Shown piece by piece: positions 16,303 to 25,895 of a stretch of DNA of 40,334 bases. The stretch is from Candidatus Woesearchaeota archaeon (GTDB lineage Archaea > Nanobdellota > Nanobdellia > Woesearchaeales > GW2011-AR15). The notes under the pieces were generated by a model. It had not been told where the DNA came from and searched no databases. It saw nothing but the letters and a program-made list of their open reading frames with translations. The translations under genes and the position numbers were made by a program. How positions within the stretch are numbered: the first letter of the stretch is position 1; the number at the start of each line of letters is the position of its first letter. The DNA is taken from assembly GCA_014729915.1 (NCBI GenBank), contig WJJD01000155.1:1-40334 (forward strand). Direction: 5' to 3'.

Positions 16303-16382
16303 TTTAAATACCTGATGTTTTCATCAGAAAATACAGTATTCCCGGATACTACAATTCGATTTGTAGGAGGGTTGGTGAAAAA
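16303..16382 (+). promoter_or_regulatory. TATA box and structured 5' leader of the rpl1 operon
   Basis: AAAAAC-TTTTTAAATA (TATA 16303-16310). Hairpins AGTAT/ATACT (16335-16350) and CTACAA/TTGTAG (16349-16366). GGAGG and GGTGA precede the ATG. Confidence 0.45.
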
Positions 16383-17030
16383 ATGGACAAAGATACAATA
16401 AAAAAAGCATTGAAAAATTTAAAAGAGAATTCTTCTAAAAGGAATTTTAAACAGACAATCGATCTGATAATAAATCTTAAGGATATTGATCTTAAAAAAG
16501 TAAAGGTTGATTTTTTTGTAATCCTTCATAAAGAGAAAGGAAAAGACACAAAAATTGCAGGTCTAGTGGGTCCTGAACTGATAGATTCTTCAAAAAAAAC
16601 ATTGAATACAACAATTCCCGTAAATGAGTTCGAAAAATACCAGAAAAATCCAAAACTTATAAAAAAATTAGCAGACGACCATGATTTTTTCATCGGACAG
16701 GCAACAATCATGCCAAAGATTGCCACAGTTTTCGGAAGAGTATTAGGACCAAGAGGAAAAATGCCAAATCCAAAAGCAGGATGTGTTGTCCCACCTAATG
16801 CAAATCTTTCCCAAGTGTCAGATCAATTAAAAAAGACAATACATCTTAGTACAAAAAAAGATCCTGTAATACACACAATTGCCGGCTCAGAAGATACTTC
16901 TGAAGAGATTATCATTGACAATGCAATAACTATTTATAATGCTCTCTTAAGACAGCTTCCAAACAGAAGGAATAATATTAAATCAGCTTACATAAAGTAT
17001 ACTATGAGTAATCCAGAAAAATTAATGTGA
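16383..17030 (+). CDS. rpl1: 50S ribosomal protein uL1
   Basis: KRNFKQTIDLIINLK, GRVLGPRGKMPNPKAG and YIKYTM. Confidence 0.97.
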   Translation: MDKDTIKKALKNLKENSSKRNFKQTIDLIINLKDIDLKKVKVDFFVILHKEKGKDTKIAGLVGPELIDSSKKTLNTTIPVNEFEKYQKNPKLIKKLADDHDFFIGQATIMPKIATVFGRVLGPRGKMPNPKAGCVVPPNANLSQVSDQLKKTIHLSTKKDPVIHTIAGSEDTSEEIIIDNAITIYNALLRQLPNRRNNIKSAYIKYTMSNPEKLM

Positions 17031-17035
17031 TAAAA

Positions 17036-18022
17036 ATGAAAGCTCACGTTTCAGAAAAGAAAAAAAAAACAGTAGATGAATTTGTTGAACTCCTTAATAA
17101 TTATCCAATTATAGGATCAGTAAATATGGAGAATCTACCGGCAAAACAACTCCAAAATATAAGGAAAAGCATCCGTGAAGATGCTGTCCTCAAAATGACA
17201 AAAAGAAGATTGATAAAGATAGCATTTGAAAAATCTAAAAAAGATCTGGATAAACTAGTTCCATATCTTAAAGGAATGCCGGCTCTGATTTTTACAAAAG
17301 AAAATCCGTTTAAACTGGCAATGAAACTTGAAAAGAACAAATCATCCGCTCCTGCTAAACCAGGCCAACCCTCTCCAAAAGACATTTATGTGAAAGAAGG
17401 ACCAACTGCATTTTCACCCGGTCCAATAATAAGCCAGCTATCAAAACTCGGGATAAAAACAGGTGTTGAAAACGGAAAGATTGTAATAAAAGAAGATTCT
17501 CTGGTATGTGAAGAAGGGGAAGAAATATCTGAAGATCTGGCGGGAATTTTAGTAAGACTAAAGATAGAACCTATGGAAATTGGACTGAATCTTGTGGCCA
17601 TGTATGAAGACGGCACAATTTATGAAAAAGATATTCTGACAATTGACAGTAAAGAATATCTCAAAAAAATTAAAACATCAGCATCTGTAGGATATAATCT
17701 TGCAATGTTTATCAATTATCCTACAAAAGATACAATCAACAGCCTAATTATCAAAGCAAATAGAGATGCAAAAACACTCGCAATCTCTCAGGATATAATC
17801 ACAAGTGACAACATAACTGAAATTTTAAGTAAAGCATTTAATCAATTAAAATCATTATCAGCAAAACTTTCAAAGGAAGTTTTACCTGAAGAGTTTAAAA
17901 ATATCAAAGAACCTAAACAAACTGAAGAGAAAAAAGAGGAAGAAAACAAAAAATCTGAACCGGAAAAAGAAGAAAAAAGCGATGAAGAAGCGGCTCAGGG
18001 TTTAGGATCTTTATTTGGTTAA
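17036..18022 (+). CDS. rplP0: Acidic ribosomal protein P0 (uL10)
   Basis: AHVSEKKK start, PAKQLQNIR, GPTAFSPGP and C-terminal EEAAQGLGSLFG. Confidence 0.97.
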   Translation: MKAHVSEKKKKTVDEFVELLNNYPIIGSVNMENLPAKQLQNIRKSIREDAVLKMTKRRLIKIAFEKSKKDLDKLVPYLKGMPALIFTKENPFKLAMKLEKNKSSAPAKPGQPSPKDIYVKEGPTAFSPGPIISQLSKLGIKTGVENGKIVIKEDSLVCEEGEEISEDLAGILVRLKIEPMEIGLNLVAMYEDGTIYEKDILTIDSKEYLKKIKTSASVGYNLAMFINYPTKDTINSLIIKANRDAKTLAISQDIITSDNITEILSKAFNQLKSLSAKLSKEVLPEEFKNIKEPKQTEEKKEEENKKSEPEKEEKSDEEAAQGLGSLFG

Positions 18023-18050
18023 CAAAAACAAGTTTTTGGAGGAAATTAAA

Positions 18051-18368
18051 ATGGAATATATATATGCGGCAATGTTATTACATAAAGCTGGAAAAAAAGT
18101 TGATGAAGCTGGAATAAAAAAGGTAACGGAAGCTGCCGGAATAAAGGCAGACGATGCAAGAATAAAAGCACTTGTTGCAGCTCTTGACGGAGTAGATATT
18201 GAAGAAGCATTAAAAAGCGCACCTGTCCAAGCAGTAGCAGCATCACCTGCAGCAGGTTCATCTGACAAACCAGCTGAAGAAAAAAAAGAAAAAAAGAAAA
18301 AGAAAAAAGAAGAAGAAAAAGTATCAGATGAAAAAGCCGCTGAAGGACTTGGTTCCTTATTCGGTTAA
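18051..18368 (+). CDS. rpl12p: Ribosomal stalk protein L12p (aP1)
   Basis: MEYIYAAMLLH...KALVAAL...AAEGLGSLFG. SD GGAGG at 18038-18042 supports a start at 18051. Confidence 0.97.
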   Translation: MEYIYAAMLLHKAGKKVDEAGIKKVTEAAGIKADDARIKALVAALDGVDIEEALKSAPVQAVAASPAAGSSDKPAEEKKEKKKKKKEEEKVSDEKAAEGLGSLFG

Positions 18369-18427
18369 TTTTTTTACTCTTTATTGTTCAATCAAACAAT
18401 TAAAGGGACAACATCAAAGTTGAGATC

Positions 18428-19333
18428 ATGACTAATGAAAATAATAAGGATACACTGAAAAAAATTTCTGGTATTCGTAAAGAAATCACTGAATTACGAA
18501 TCGAATTAACAGCTATAGATGAGAAAAAAGAAAAAGCTTTTGATAATAAAAAAGTTTTTTCAAAAAAGATTTCTAATGTTATTAATGAGTTAAAAGACTA
18601 CAAAAAAAAACGTGATGAACTGACTGATCAGGTCAAAAAATTAAAAAAAGAAAGAGAAAAGTACAATTCCAAAGTATCCAAACATATTGACAAAATAAAA
18701 GAATTAAACAAAGAAAAAGAAAAATTGTTTAAAGAGCATGACATAAAAGTTAATCCTTTAAAAATAACAGAACAGATTGAAAAAATAGAATTTAAAATTC
18801 AGACAGAAGCTCTTCCATTTAAAAAAGAAAAGGAATTGATGAAAAAAATCAATGATATGAAGAAAAAACTCGGAGAAGCTAAAAAATTTAAATCTTTCTG
18901 GAAGGATATTGATAAAACTTCAAAAAAAATCAAAGAATTCAAAAAAAAAGCTAATGAAGTACATTTAAAAATTCAGGAAAAAGCAGACGAGAGTCAAAAA
19001 TTTCATGAAAAAATGATTGAATGTTCTGATAAAATTGACGAGATAAAAAAGCAGGAAAAAGAAGCTCATAAAGTATTTATGGAATATAAAAATCAGTTCA
19101 ATGAAATAAATAACAAACTAAAAAAGAAACTTGTTGCTATGAATAAGCTAAGTGACAAGGTAACTAAAACAAAAAGAGAAAAAAGAAAGGCCAAAATTAA
19201 AAAAGAAAAACAGACCTTAAAAAAGAAAAGTGAAGAAGTGCAGAAAAAAATAAAGCAGAGAAAAAAACTCACAACAGAAGATATTCTTATTTTCCAGGGA
19301 ACATTAAGTAAAGAAAAAGAACAAAAAAAATAA
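18428..19333 (+). CDS. Conserved archaeal coiled-coil protein (COG1340-like)
   Basis: Heptad-rich K/E sequence with IEKIEFKIQTEAL..KEKELM and C-terminal KKLTTEDIL. Confidence 0.8.
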   Translation: MTNENNKDTLKKISGIRKEITELRIELTAIDEKKEKAFDNKKVFSKKISNVINELKDYKKKRDELTDQVKKLKKEREKYNSKVSKHIDKIKELNKEKEKLFKEHDIKVNPLKITEQIEKIEFKIQTEALPFKKEKELMKKINDMKKKLGEAKKFKSFWKDIDKTSKKIKEFKKKANEVHLKIQEKADESQKFHEKMIECSDKIDEIKKQEKEAHKVFMEYKNQFNEINNKLKKKLVAMNKLSDKVTKTKREKRKAKIKKEKQTLKKKSEEVQKKIKQRKKLTTEDILIFQGTLSKEKEQKK

Positions 19334-19351
19334 AATTATTTAGTTTTTTTA

Positions 19352-19405
19352 TGTAAAAATGCTCGCAACAACCACCGTTCACAGAACAGTGGAAAGTTTT
19401 GAATT
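19352..19405. repeat. Collapsed single-palindrome copy of the 15975-16166 element, between convergent genes
   Basis: TGTAAAAATGCTCGCAACAACCACCGTTCACA matches 15975-16007 (1-nt indel). It is joined directly to GAACAGTGGAAAGTTTTGAATT, which matches 16143-16164 (1 mismatch). Confidence 0.8.
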
Positions 19406-19429
19406 CTATCTGAAAAAAATTAATGAAAC

Positions 19430-21523
19430 TTATGCTACAACAACCTGTTTGTTTGCTGAATCATATTCAAGAAGAATATTATATGTATTGAAAATATCAT
19501 GCATGAAGCGAAGATTATCTTTATCTCCGCAATAGTGTTCTTTGTTTCCGATAAAACTGCACCAGTTTCTTAAAATTAAGATTTTTGTCATATCTGTTTC
19601 GGTAATTCTCTTATATTCTTTATCATATTTATAGTTTAATGGAAGAACAATTTCACTGCAAACAAAATCTTTTTTACTTCTTCCCTGTCCTGCAGTGTTC
19701 CAGCAATCAATTATTCTTTGGAAGAGTATTTCCTTTAATGAATAATATTTCAGATCTATGTTGAGCTCCTGTACTTTTATAGCACCATCAGAAGATGAAG
19801 AAAAAGCTATTGGAATCTGGCAGGTTTCCAAAGTTGGATCACAATATGATTCCATAGCAGTCAGAAGTTCCTGAGTAAAATCATGTTTCCGGATATCATC
19901 CTCATCTGAAAAAGAAGATCCATGCAATGTTAAATCCCCAATCTTTATCTCATATCCTTCTGGATCTAGATAATATTTTATTCTGAGATTGTTTAGAAAG
20001 ACAGCCCCCTGATGGTCGGTTTCTATTCTCAATTCACAAATGTCTCCTGGATTGTTGCATGCCCTAAATTCATCCGTAAAATCAATTATCCATGGGCTTT
20101 TTTTCTGGTCAAGCTTTGATGAATAAGATTCAACTAGATTATTATTAACATAAAAATCAATATTTTCAGGGTATGGTGAGATTATCACGTTAAACAGTTC
20201 TTCTAACAAGGCTGTTTTGTTTGTGTAGGCTACATAGTTGCCACCACTTGTGTCTTGTGCTATTCTCTGCATCCATCTCATAATCTGTCCGCATGTATGA
20301 TCCCAAGTTGTAAAGCATTCAGGATCCCCAATTTTATATCCTTCTGTTCCACCAGATGCATCACCGTGAATCGGAATAATGTTTACATTATTCTGTAATC
20401 CTGCCTGAACAGCTGAATCAACTGCAGGCTCTTCTGTTCCTGTAAATATATCATCTGGAATATCATCATCCTGTGAAAGAAGCCACTGTCCGTTTGGGGG
20501 TGGATACCAATGATGAAACAAAGGACCTCCCCCTGTAGGATCAGAATCACTTATCGGGACAACTATTTTTTTGGATTCTGTTCTCCAAGCATGGTTAGAA
20601 GCTGCCCATGCTGCTCCTTTAGCCCAGGCTTCATCTTCATCATCCCACCTGTGCCAGAGATCCTGATCCTGGTATTGAAAATGAGTTGACATACTGTAAT
20701 ATTTTCCAGTAGGATTTCGTCCACTGCAATATTCTCTGCTCGGCTCGCATCCCCAGTCCCTAAACCATATCGGAGAAGTCATAAGTCCCATGTCCCGGTC
20801 CAATTCAGGTTCCTGATCTATCAAAATATCCGGATGAATTGTATCATCCATGCAGTCACCCGTAGTTTCCCCTTCTCCTAACCCATATACTGTTGTTTTT
20901 AAAACTACATTTTCTTTTTCGAGTTCTTTACTAAGCTCAGAAATAATTCCGCAAAGAGCATCCCATTCATTTGCCATGCTTTTTGAGGTGTCTATTACAA
21001 AAACTAAATCAACTTTGCCAGGAAATTTATCTCCTGATAACTCAATTTGTGAGGTAGTAATTTCCCCTTTAGGAATCCTGACATAAAATGATCTTTCTCC
21101 TCCACCAGCTGAAAAAAATGCTGATTTTTGAATTTTGCCGTCATCAAATTCATTTTCTATTCTTTCAACAAGAGTTAGTTTAAAAGAAGCATTTTCTATG
21201 ATAGAATCTTGAAATACTGATATATCGGCATAGTGATTACTGTCCTCTGAAAAATCAACAAACAGATCTTTTTTTGTGTTGGCGAATTCTTTTATTGATT
21301 TTTCTTTGTTGTACAATACTTCAGTTTTTAAACTCAGATAATTTTCACAATATCTGTCCTTCTCAGATTTAACCCTATAAATTGTTCTGCAATAGATTTT
21401 TCTGGTTATATCTGACTTTGATTTAATTAAGGTAAACAATATCATAATAGCTGCAACAGTAATTATAACAGAGAATATCAGATATACAGATAATTCTGAT
21501 TTTTTGTTCAATAAAAGGTTCAT
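19430..21523 (-). CDS. Pilin-like protein with von Willebrand A domain
   Basis: NKKS|ELSVYLIFSVIITVAAIMILF N-terminus. VDLVFVIDTSKSM (MIDAS DxSxS) and WR...KIVVPISD. Cys-containing C-terminal domain. Confidence 0.75.
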   Translation of the reverse strand: MNLLLNKKSELSVYLIFSVIITVAAIMILFTLIKSKSDITRKIYCRTIYRVKSEKDRYCENYLSLKTEVLYNKEKSIKEFANTKKDLFVDFSEDSNHYADISVFQDSIIENASFKLTLVERIENEFDDGKIQKSAFFSAGGGERSFYVRIPKGEITTSQIELSGDKFPGKVDLVFVIDTSKSMANEWDALCGIISELSKELEKENVVLKTTVYGLGEGETTGDCMDDTIHPDILIDQEPELDRDMGLMTSPIWFRDWGCEPSREYCSGRNPTGKYYSMSTHFQYQDQDLWHRWDDEDEAWAKGAAWAASNHAWRTESKKIVVPISDSDPTGGGPLFHHWYPPPNGQWLLSQDDDIPDDIFTGTEEPAVDSAVQAGLQNNVNIIPIHGDASGGTEGYKIGDPECFTTWDHTCGQIMRWMQRIAQDTSGGNYVAYTNKTALLEELFNVIISPYPENIDFYVNNNLVESYSSKLDQKKSPWIIDFTDEFRACNNPGDICELRIETDHQGAVFLNNLRIKYYLDPEGYEIKIGDLTLHGSSFSDEDDIRKHDFTQELLTAMESYCDPTLETCQIPIAFSSSSDGAIKVQELNIDLKYYSLKEILFQRIIDCWNTAGQGRSKKDFVCSEIVLPLNYKYDKEYKRITETDMTKILILRNWCSFIGNKEHYCGDKDNLRFMHDIFNTYNILLEYDSANKQVVVA

Positions 21524-21534
21524 TTCAAAGATAT

Positions 21535-22911
21535 TTATCCGAACTCTCCTCCGGAACCGGATGGAGGACCCTCGCCATCATTGCTGCTACCCCCTGTACA
21601 TCCTGGTGCCTTGCAAGTGACAGGAGGTTTTTCTGCGTTTGCACCCAGATAAACATGTGTGGAAAAAGTCATCTCAAGATTCTGTTTCTCATCATATCCC
21701 GGCCGCATGTGTTCGTACTTATTATCTTTGCATGTGATTTCTGCAATGTAACTTACATCTTCCTGGGTTCCCACTCCAAAACAGGAATCAGGACCATCTC
21801 CAATTTGACTGCCTCCTGCATCAGATGATTGTTGAATCGGAACACCATTAAAATCAAGAGAACCTGATTTGCATGGTGGAACAGGTAATTGATCTCCTCC
21901 CTGAAAACCCGACCCCCTTGGACAATATTCATCCTCACAATCACCTGAAGTGCATGCATCCGCCTTAAAATTTACATACGTGCATCTCCCATACCTGCAT
22001 TCCTGAGCAGATTCTGTACCATCATCACACTCCTTTGTTCCTGTACAGTCAATCCTTTCCATATCCAAATCAAGATTCACATATTTACAAGGAAGTTCAA
22101 AATCACATTCAAAATCCTCTCCTTCATATTTCATATTCAATGAAGTTTCCAGCTCCAAAACCGACTCCTCAACTTTCGAGAGTATTTCATCTTCATTTAG
22201 AAAAGGAGCATTGCATCCAGGACCAGATCCTGTTACCTGGACTGCCGGCATCTCATTGCAGGTTTTCTGGGAAAGATCCTGTTGATCAACCCATGCCTTT
22301 ATCTTTCTGTACATATAGAAGAATCTCCAGTCTGTTACTGTCGCTGTAAATTCCTCTAATTGTTCAACATTAATTTCCTGGGATTCACCTGATTCAGGAT
22401 TTAAATAATTGATCTTTGCAGTACCAGAAGGCTTTGCATAAATATCAAATCCTTGATCATATTCTCCCTGCCCGAGCTTATCTTCATCAACTAAAATCTC
22501 TATCTCTTCAATCTGTGGAAGTTCGATATATTCAATATTTCCGTACTGGCTTCCCATCAGATTTGTTAAAAATTGGTTTATATATTGTTTTGCAGGCTCT
22601 TCAAGTGAATCTTTGACAGTTTCAAGATCAGGTGCATTGGGTATCCCGTAACTTATCCAATAGCAGTTGTTTGGAGATTCTCCCCAGCCAAGGCACGAAT
22701 CAGCACTGTCAAAAGTTGAAAATAAGCTTGAATAAACCCCTGAATCAATACTGTACAATCCCAAAAGATCCTCATAACTCATACCTGTCTCAATTTGTGC
22801 TCTTTGTTCTTGTTCAAGATCCATATCTTTTGACATATTTACGATAAAATATGCCCCTATTACCAATGCTATTATTATTAATGTTAAATAAACTGAACCT
22901 TTTTTATTCAT
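21535..22911 (-). CDS. Pilin-like protein with acidic Cys-rich C-terminal half
   Basis: MNKKG|SVYLTLIIIALVIGAYFIV. SD GGAGGTG upstream supports a start at 22911. Many Cys residues and a Gly/Ser tail. Confidence 0.7.
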   Translation of the reverse strand: MNKKGSVYLTLIIIALVIGAYFIVNMSKDMDLEQEQRAQIETGMSYEDLLGLYSIDSGVYSSLFSTFDSADSCLGWGESPNNCYWISYGIPNAPDLETVKDSLEEPAKQYINQFLTNLMGSQYGNIEYIELPQIEEIEILVDEDKLGQGEYDQGFDIYAKPSGTAKINYLNPESGESQEINVEQLEEFTATVTDWRFFYMYRKIKAWVDQQDLSQKTCNEMPAVQVTGSGPGCNAPFLNEDEILSKVEESVLELETSLNMKYEGEDFECDFELPCKYVNLDLDMERIDCTGTKECDDGTESAQECRYGRCTYVNFKADACTSGDCEDEYCPRGSGFQGGDQLPVPPCKSGSLDFNGVPIQQSSDAGGSQIGDGPDSCFGVGTQEDVSYIAEITCKDNKYEHMRPGYDEKQNLEMTFSTHVYLGANAEKPPVTCKAPGCTGGSSNDGEGPPSGSGGEFG

Positions 22912-22927
22912 CTTATTTACACCTCCT

Positions 22928-23416
22928 TTAATCAAAATATAAGTAAATTATACCAGCTGCATAGTCTGTTTTACATGGCAAGGGGTATACAAATTCATAC
23001 GTATTTATGTTTTTCCTATTAAATGTTTCACAGAAACCTTTCTTGCTTGTTTCTGAATCAATACATAATGTTCTTTGAATCTGAAGAGACCATTTATTTT
23101 TTCCAAAAAAATCATTCAGCTCTCTTTGTGTTTCTGAAATTACATTATAGCTTATCCCTGAAATTTTAAAATCAGTCTCATTATAGCAAGTATAATATCC
23201 AAATAATTTTGATAAAGTCTCTTTTTTGACTGTTATCTGCAAAAAAAGATAAGGAGCTGTTTTTGAATAGATGTTTTTGTAGTCATTTGAGATAGCTTCA
23301 GTTTCAGTAACTGAGTATCTTGCAGATCTTATTCTTGAAAATACAAGCACAATAACAAGTACAATTATTATTAATGAAATAGAAATTAACTCAGATAACT
23401 GGCTCTTTTTTTTCAT
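22928..23416 (-). CDS. Small pilin-like protein (class III signal peptide)
   Basis: MKKKS|QLSELISISLIIIVLVIVLVF; 162 aa; overlaps the upstream gene (ATGA). Confidence 0.7.
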   Translation of the reverse strand: MKKKSQLSELISISLIIIVLVIVLVFSRIRSARYSVTETEAISNDYKNIYSKTAPYLFLQITVKKETLSKLFGYYTCYNETDFKISGISYNVISETQRELNDFFGKNKWSLQIQRTLCIDSETSKKGFCETFNRKNINTYEFVYPLPCKTDYAAGIIYLYFD

Positions 23417-24141
23417 TGTCTGATATTTACCTGATTATTTTCATACTGTATATATATTAATTTTTTTCCTTTTTTAACAGAAAAATCATTAACCTTACAC
23501 GGAAAATACGGATGAAAATAATCAGTTCCAATAATAAGTTTGTTTTGTGAATTTAAATATTTTATATCAAAATCAGAATCCAGTCTAAAGGTCAAATCCT
23601 TGTTTGCAATACAGGATTTTTTAATATTTGTATAAAAATCAGATATTTTTCCGATATATACATATAATTTAAATAATCCCGGGTTTGATATGCCTTTTTT
23701 ATATTTTATTATGCATGGAAACGTTGTTGTTAATCTTCTTTCCAGCCATTCAGGATTATTATTTACCGGCCCGATTATCCAGGATTTTGTATTCTTAATA
23801 TCAATAATTTCTGCAGTATAGATAAAATATAAATTCTGAGCACACCACGGATCCCTGTTTTTCCTGTCAAACTTACTTAATTTTTCAGCCTCAAATATAG
23901 CTTTTATTGGTGACTGGCTGCCTGATTCTTCAGACACTCTTCCCAACGCACCGCATTCAGGTGTTGACATGAACACATTCATAAAAGAATTTAATTTTGT
24001 GTAATATCCAAAATCTTTCTTAAGCTTGTTTTTTTCATACCTTGTTGAAAAAAGATTAAAAAAAATAAAAAATACAATTAAAACCATAAATATTGCAAAT
24101 AATATCTTTGTTGTAAGAACAACTCCTTTTTTTTTATACAT
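23413..24141 (-). CDS. Pilin-like protein (class III signal peptide)
   Basis: MYKKKG|VVLTTKILFAIFMVLIVFFIFF; 242 aa; overlaps both neighbours. Confidence 0.7.
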   Translation of the reverse strand: MYKKKGVVLTTKILFAIFMVLIVFFIFFNLFSTRYEKNKLKKDFGYYTKLNSFMNVFMSTPECGALGRVSEESGSQSPIKAIFEAEKLSKFDRKNRDPWCAQNLYFIYTAEIIDIKNTKSWIIGPVNNNPEWLERRLTTTFPCIIKYKKGISNPGLFKLYVYIGKISDFYTNIKKSCIANKDLTFRLDSDFDIKYLNSQNKLIIGTDYFHPYFPCKVNDFSVKKGKKLIYIQYENNQVNIRQ

Positions 24142-25771
24142 CTTTTTTTTTGAAATACGTTTTGATAATTATTAATATTAATATTGCAATAATTATTAAA
24201 ATAAAAATTACATGCTTAAAACCTGATCCCTTATTTAAGGATTGTTCTGTTTTAATACAATCCCTGTCTTTATCGATACAATCCGGATCACAAATCCCAT
24301 CGATATTATCATTGCATATATTATCTTTTAATGATGAAGGACAATCTTCAGGACAATCCAGGTTTGTTTCTGTTTTCTCACAAATATTATTACCGCATAT
24401 TTTTTTTTTGTCAGAAACTGCTGTTGTTTTACTTAAAGAATCTTCTTCTGTCTTTTCAGTGTTTATTTTATTCTTCTCCTGATTTTTATTTTCCTGAATA
24501 ATTTTTGCATCAGGTTCCTTTATCTCTATATACTTTTCATCAACCTCTCTGGAATCTGAATCATCTGATCTTGATTTAATTGACGAATCCAGACTGCTGT
24601 CAGAAGAATCTGTGTTTTTTGAGTCGGTTGTTCCAGAATCTTGGTCTTCTTTATCGACAATCTCATTTTCCTGATCTAATTCTATTTCCTGCTGATCAAC
24701 TGGTAAATAGTCCTGTAGATTTTTTTCAGCAGACTGTAATTCCCAGACATCCAGTTTTGTGCATTCTCCATCTCTGTAGATCATGTTTTCAGGACAACAG
24801 TGGCCTGATGTATCACAAAATAATTCCCGGCTGCATTCACAGGAATTTATGCATTGATCTCCTTTGTCCCTAAGATAGATCTTTTCAACACAGCCAGATT
24901 TATTTATATATTCCGTAAGAAAGCTGCAGCTGTATCTGCAAAATCCTTCTGAACAGGAGCAATCTTCAGGCGATGTTTCACAGTTCTCACCGAGATCACA
25001 TTCACAATTACCATTTTTCTCATGGGGACAATCAATATCATCCATTCCGCAGTCAGGATCACAAACCCCGTTTGTACCCCTGCAGTCAGAATCACAAATC
25101 GAATCATAAACAAGATGAGAATCAGGTTCACAGATATTGTCATCTGAAATTACGCAGTCAGGATCATATATTCCCCCGTTCCTGAATGAGTCATAACAAT
25201 CAGGATCGCAAATCCCATCTATATCATTATAATCAATTGTCCTGTCCTTGTTTAAATCTATGCAGGAAAGACTGCAGATGTTATTTTCATATTCGTGATA
25301 ACATGCATCATCACATTTATCTTCAATTGTGCAAAAAGGATCGCAGATATTATCATTAAGATTGCATTTTTTATTGTCTGTTATTAATAAATTTTTATTT
25401 TTAAGATAAAACTTTATTGTTCCCTGAGACTCTAATTTTGAAGGTAATACATTAATATTCCAGGCTGGATAATATTTGGTTATTTTCAGATCCGGATTAA
25501 ATGTCGTCAATATAAGTTCGTTATTAGAAACCTCTATTATATAATCATTGTTCAATATCAGATTTACTGACAAATTAACATCATTTTGGTATGATTCAAT
25601 CTGTTCAATAACTGAAAGGATGTTTTCTGCAAAATCGTCATAATATTCCTGTTCTGATACTTTTGCCTGGCTTAAAATGACTGATCTTAAACTTGAGATT
25701 GCAATCACTCCTATGACCATAAGACCAAAAACCATGATCATATTAAGAACAGTAGCACCTCTTTTATCCAT
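24134..25771 (-). CDS. Pilin-like protein with Cys/Asp-rich repeats, acidic stalk and C-terminal TM anchor
   Basis: MDKRG|ATVLNMIMVFGLMVIGVIAI. Repeated (D/N)xICDPDC units and CGNNICE...CPEDC. S/D/E/K low-complexity linker. Terminal VIFILIIIAILILIII-KTYFKKK. Confidence 0.75.
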   Translation of the reverse strand: MDKRGATVLNMIMVFGLMVIGVIAISSLRSVILSQAKVSEQEYYDDFAENILSVIEQIESYQNDVNLSVNLILNNDYIIEVSNNELILTTFNPDLKITKYYPAWNINVLPSKLESQGTIKFYLKNKNLLITDNKKCNLNDNICDPFCTIEDKCDDACYHEYENNICSLSCIDLNKDRTIDYNDIDGICDPDCYDSFRNGGIYDPDCVISDDNICEPDSHLVYDSICDSDCRGTNGVCDPDCGMDDIDCPHEKNGNCECDLGENCETSPEDCSCSEGFCRYSCSFLTEYINKSGCVEKIYLRDKGDQCINSCECSRELFCDTSGHCCPENMIYRDGECTKLDVWELQSAEKNLQDYLPVDQQEIELDQENEIVDKEDQDSGTTDSKNTDSSDSSLDSSIKSRSDDSDSREVDEKYIEIKEPDAKIIQENKNQEKNKINTEKTEEDSLSKTTAVSDKKKICGNNICEKTETNLDCPEDCPSSLKDNICNDNIDGICDPDCIDKDRDCIKTEQSLNKGSGFKHVIFILIIIAILILIIIKTYFKKKDV

Positions 25772-25895
25772 ATGAATATAATTAAGAACAATCTATATAA
25801 ATATTTTTATGGATTTTCTCTGGAAATTCCATATCAATTATTTGTGTTTTTTCTAATTAATAATATTTATAAAAATATAATATTTTCACAATAGG

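Noticed and set aside
18015-18050. N-terminal extensions given by the ORF track for rpl12 (also rps15, rplP0 and 21535..22935)
   Set aside because: Conserved N-termini and SD positions point to the downstream ATGs (18051, 30373, 17036, 22911).
18428-19333. SMC/Rad50-like ATPase or novel filament protein
   Set aside because: No Walker motifs; fits the known archaeal coiled-coil family.
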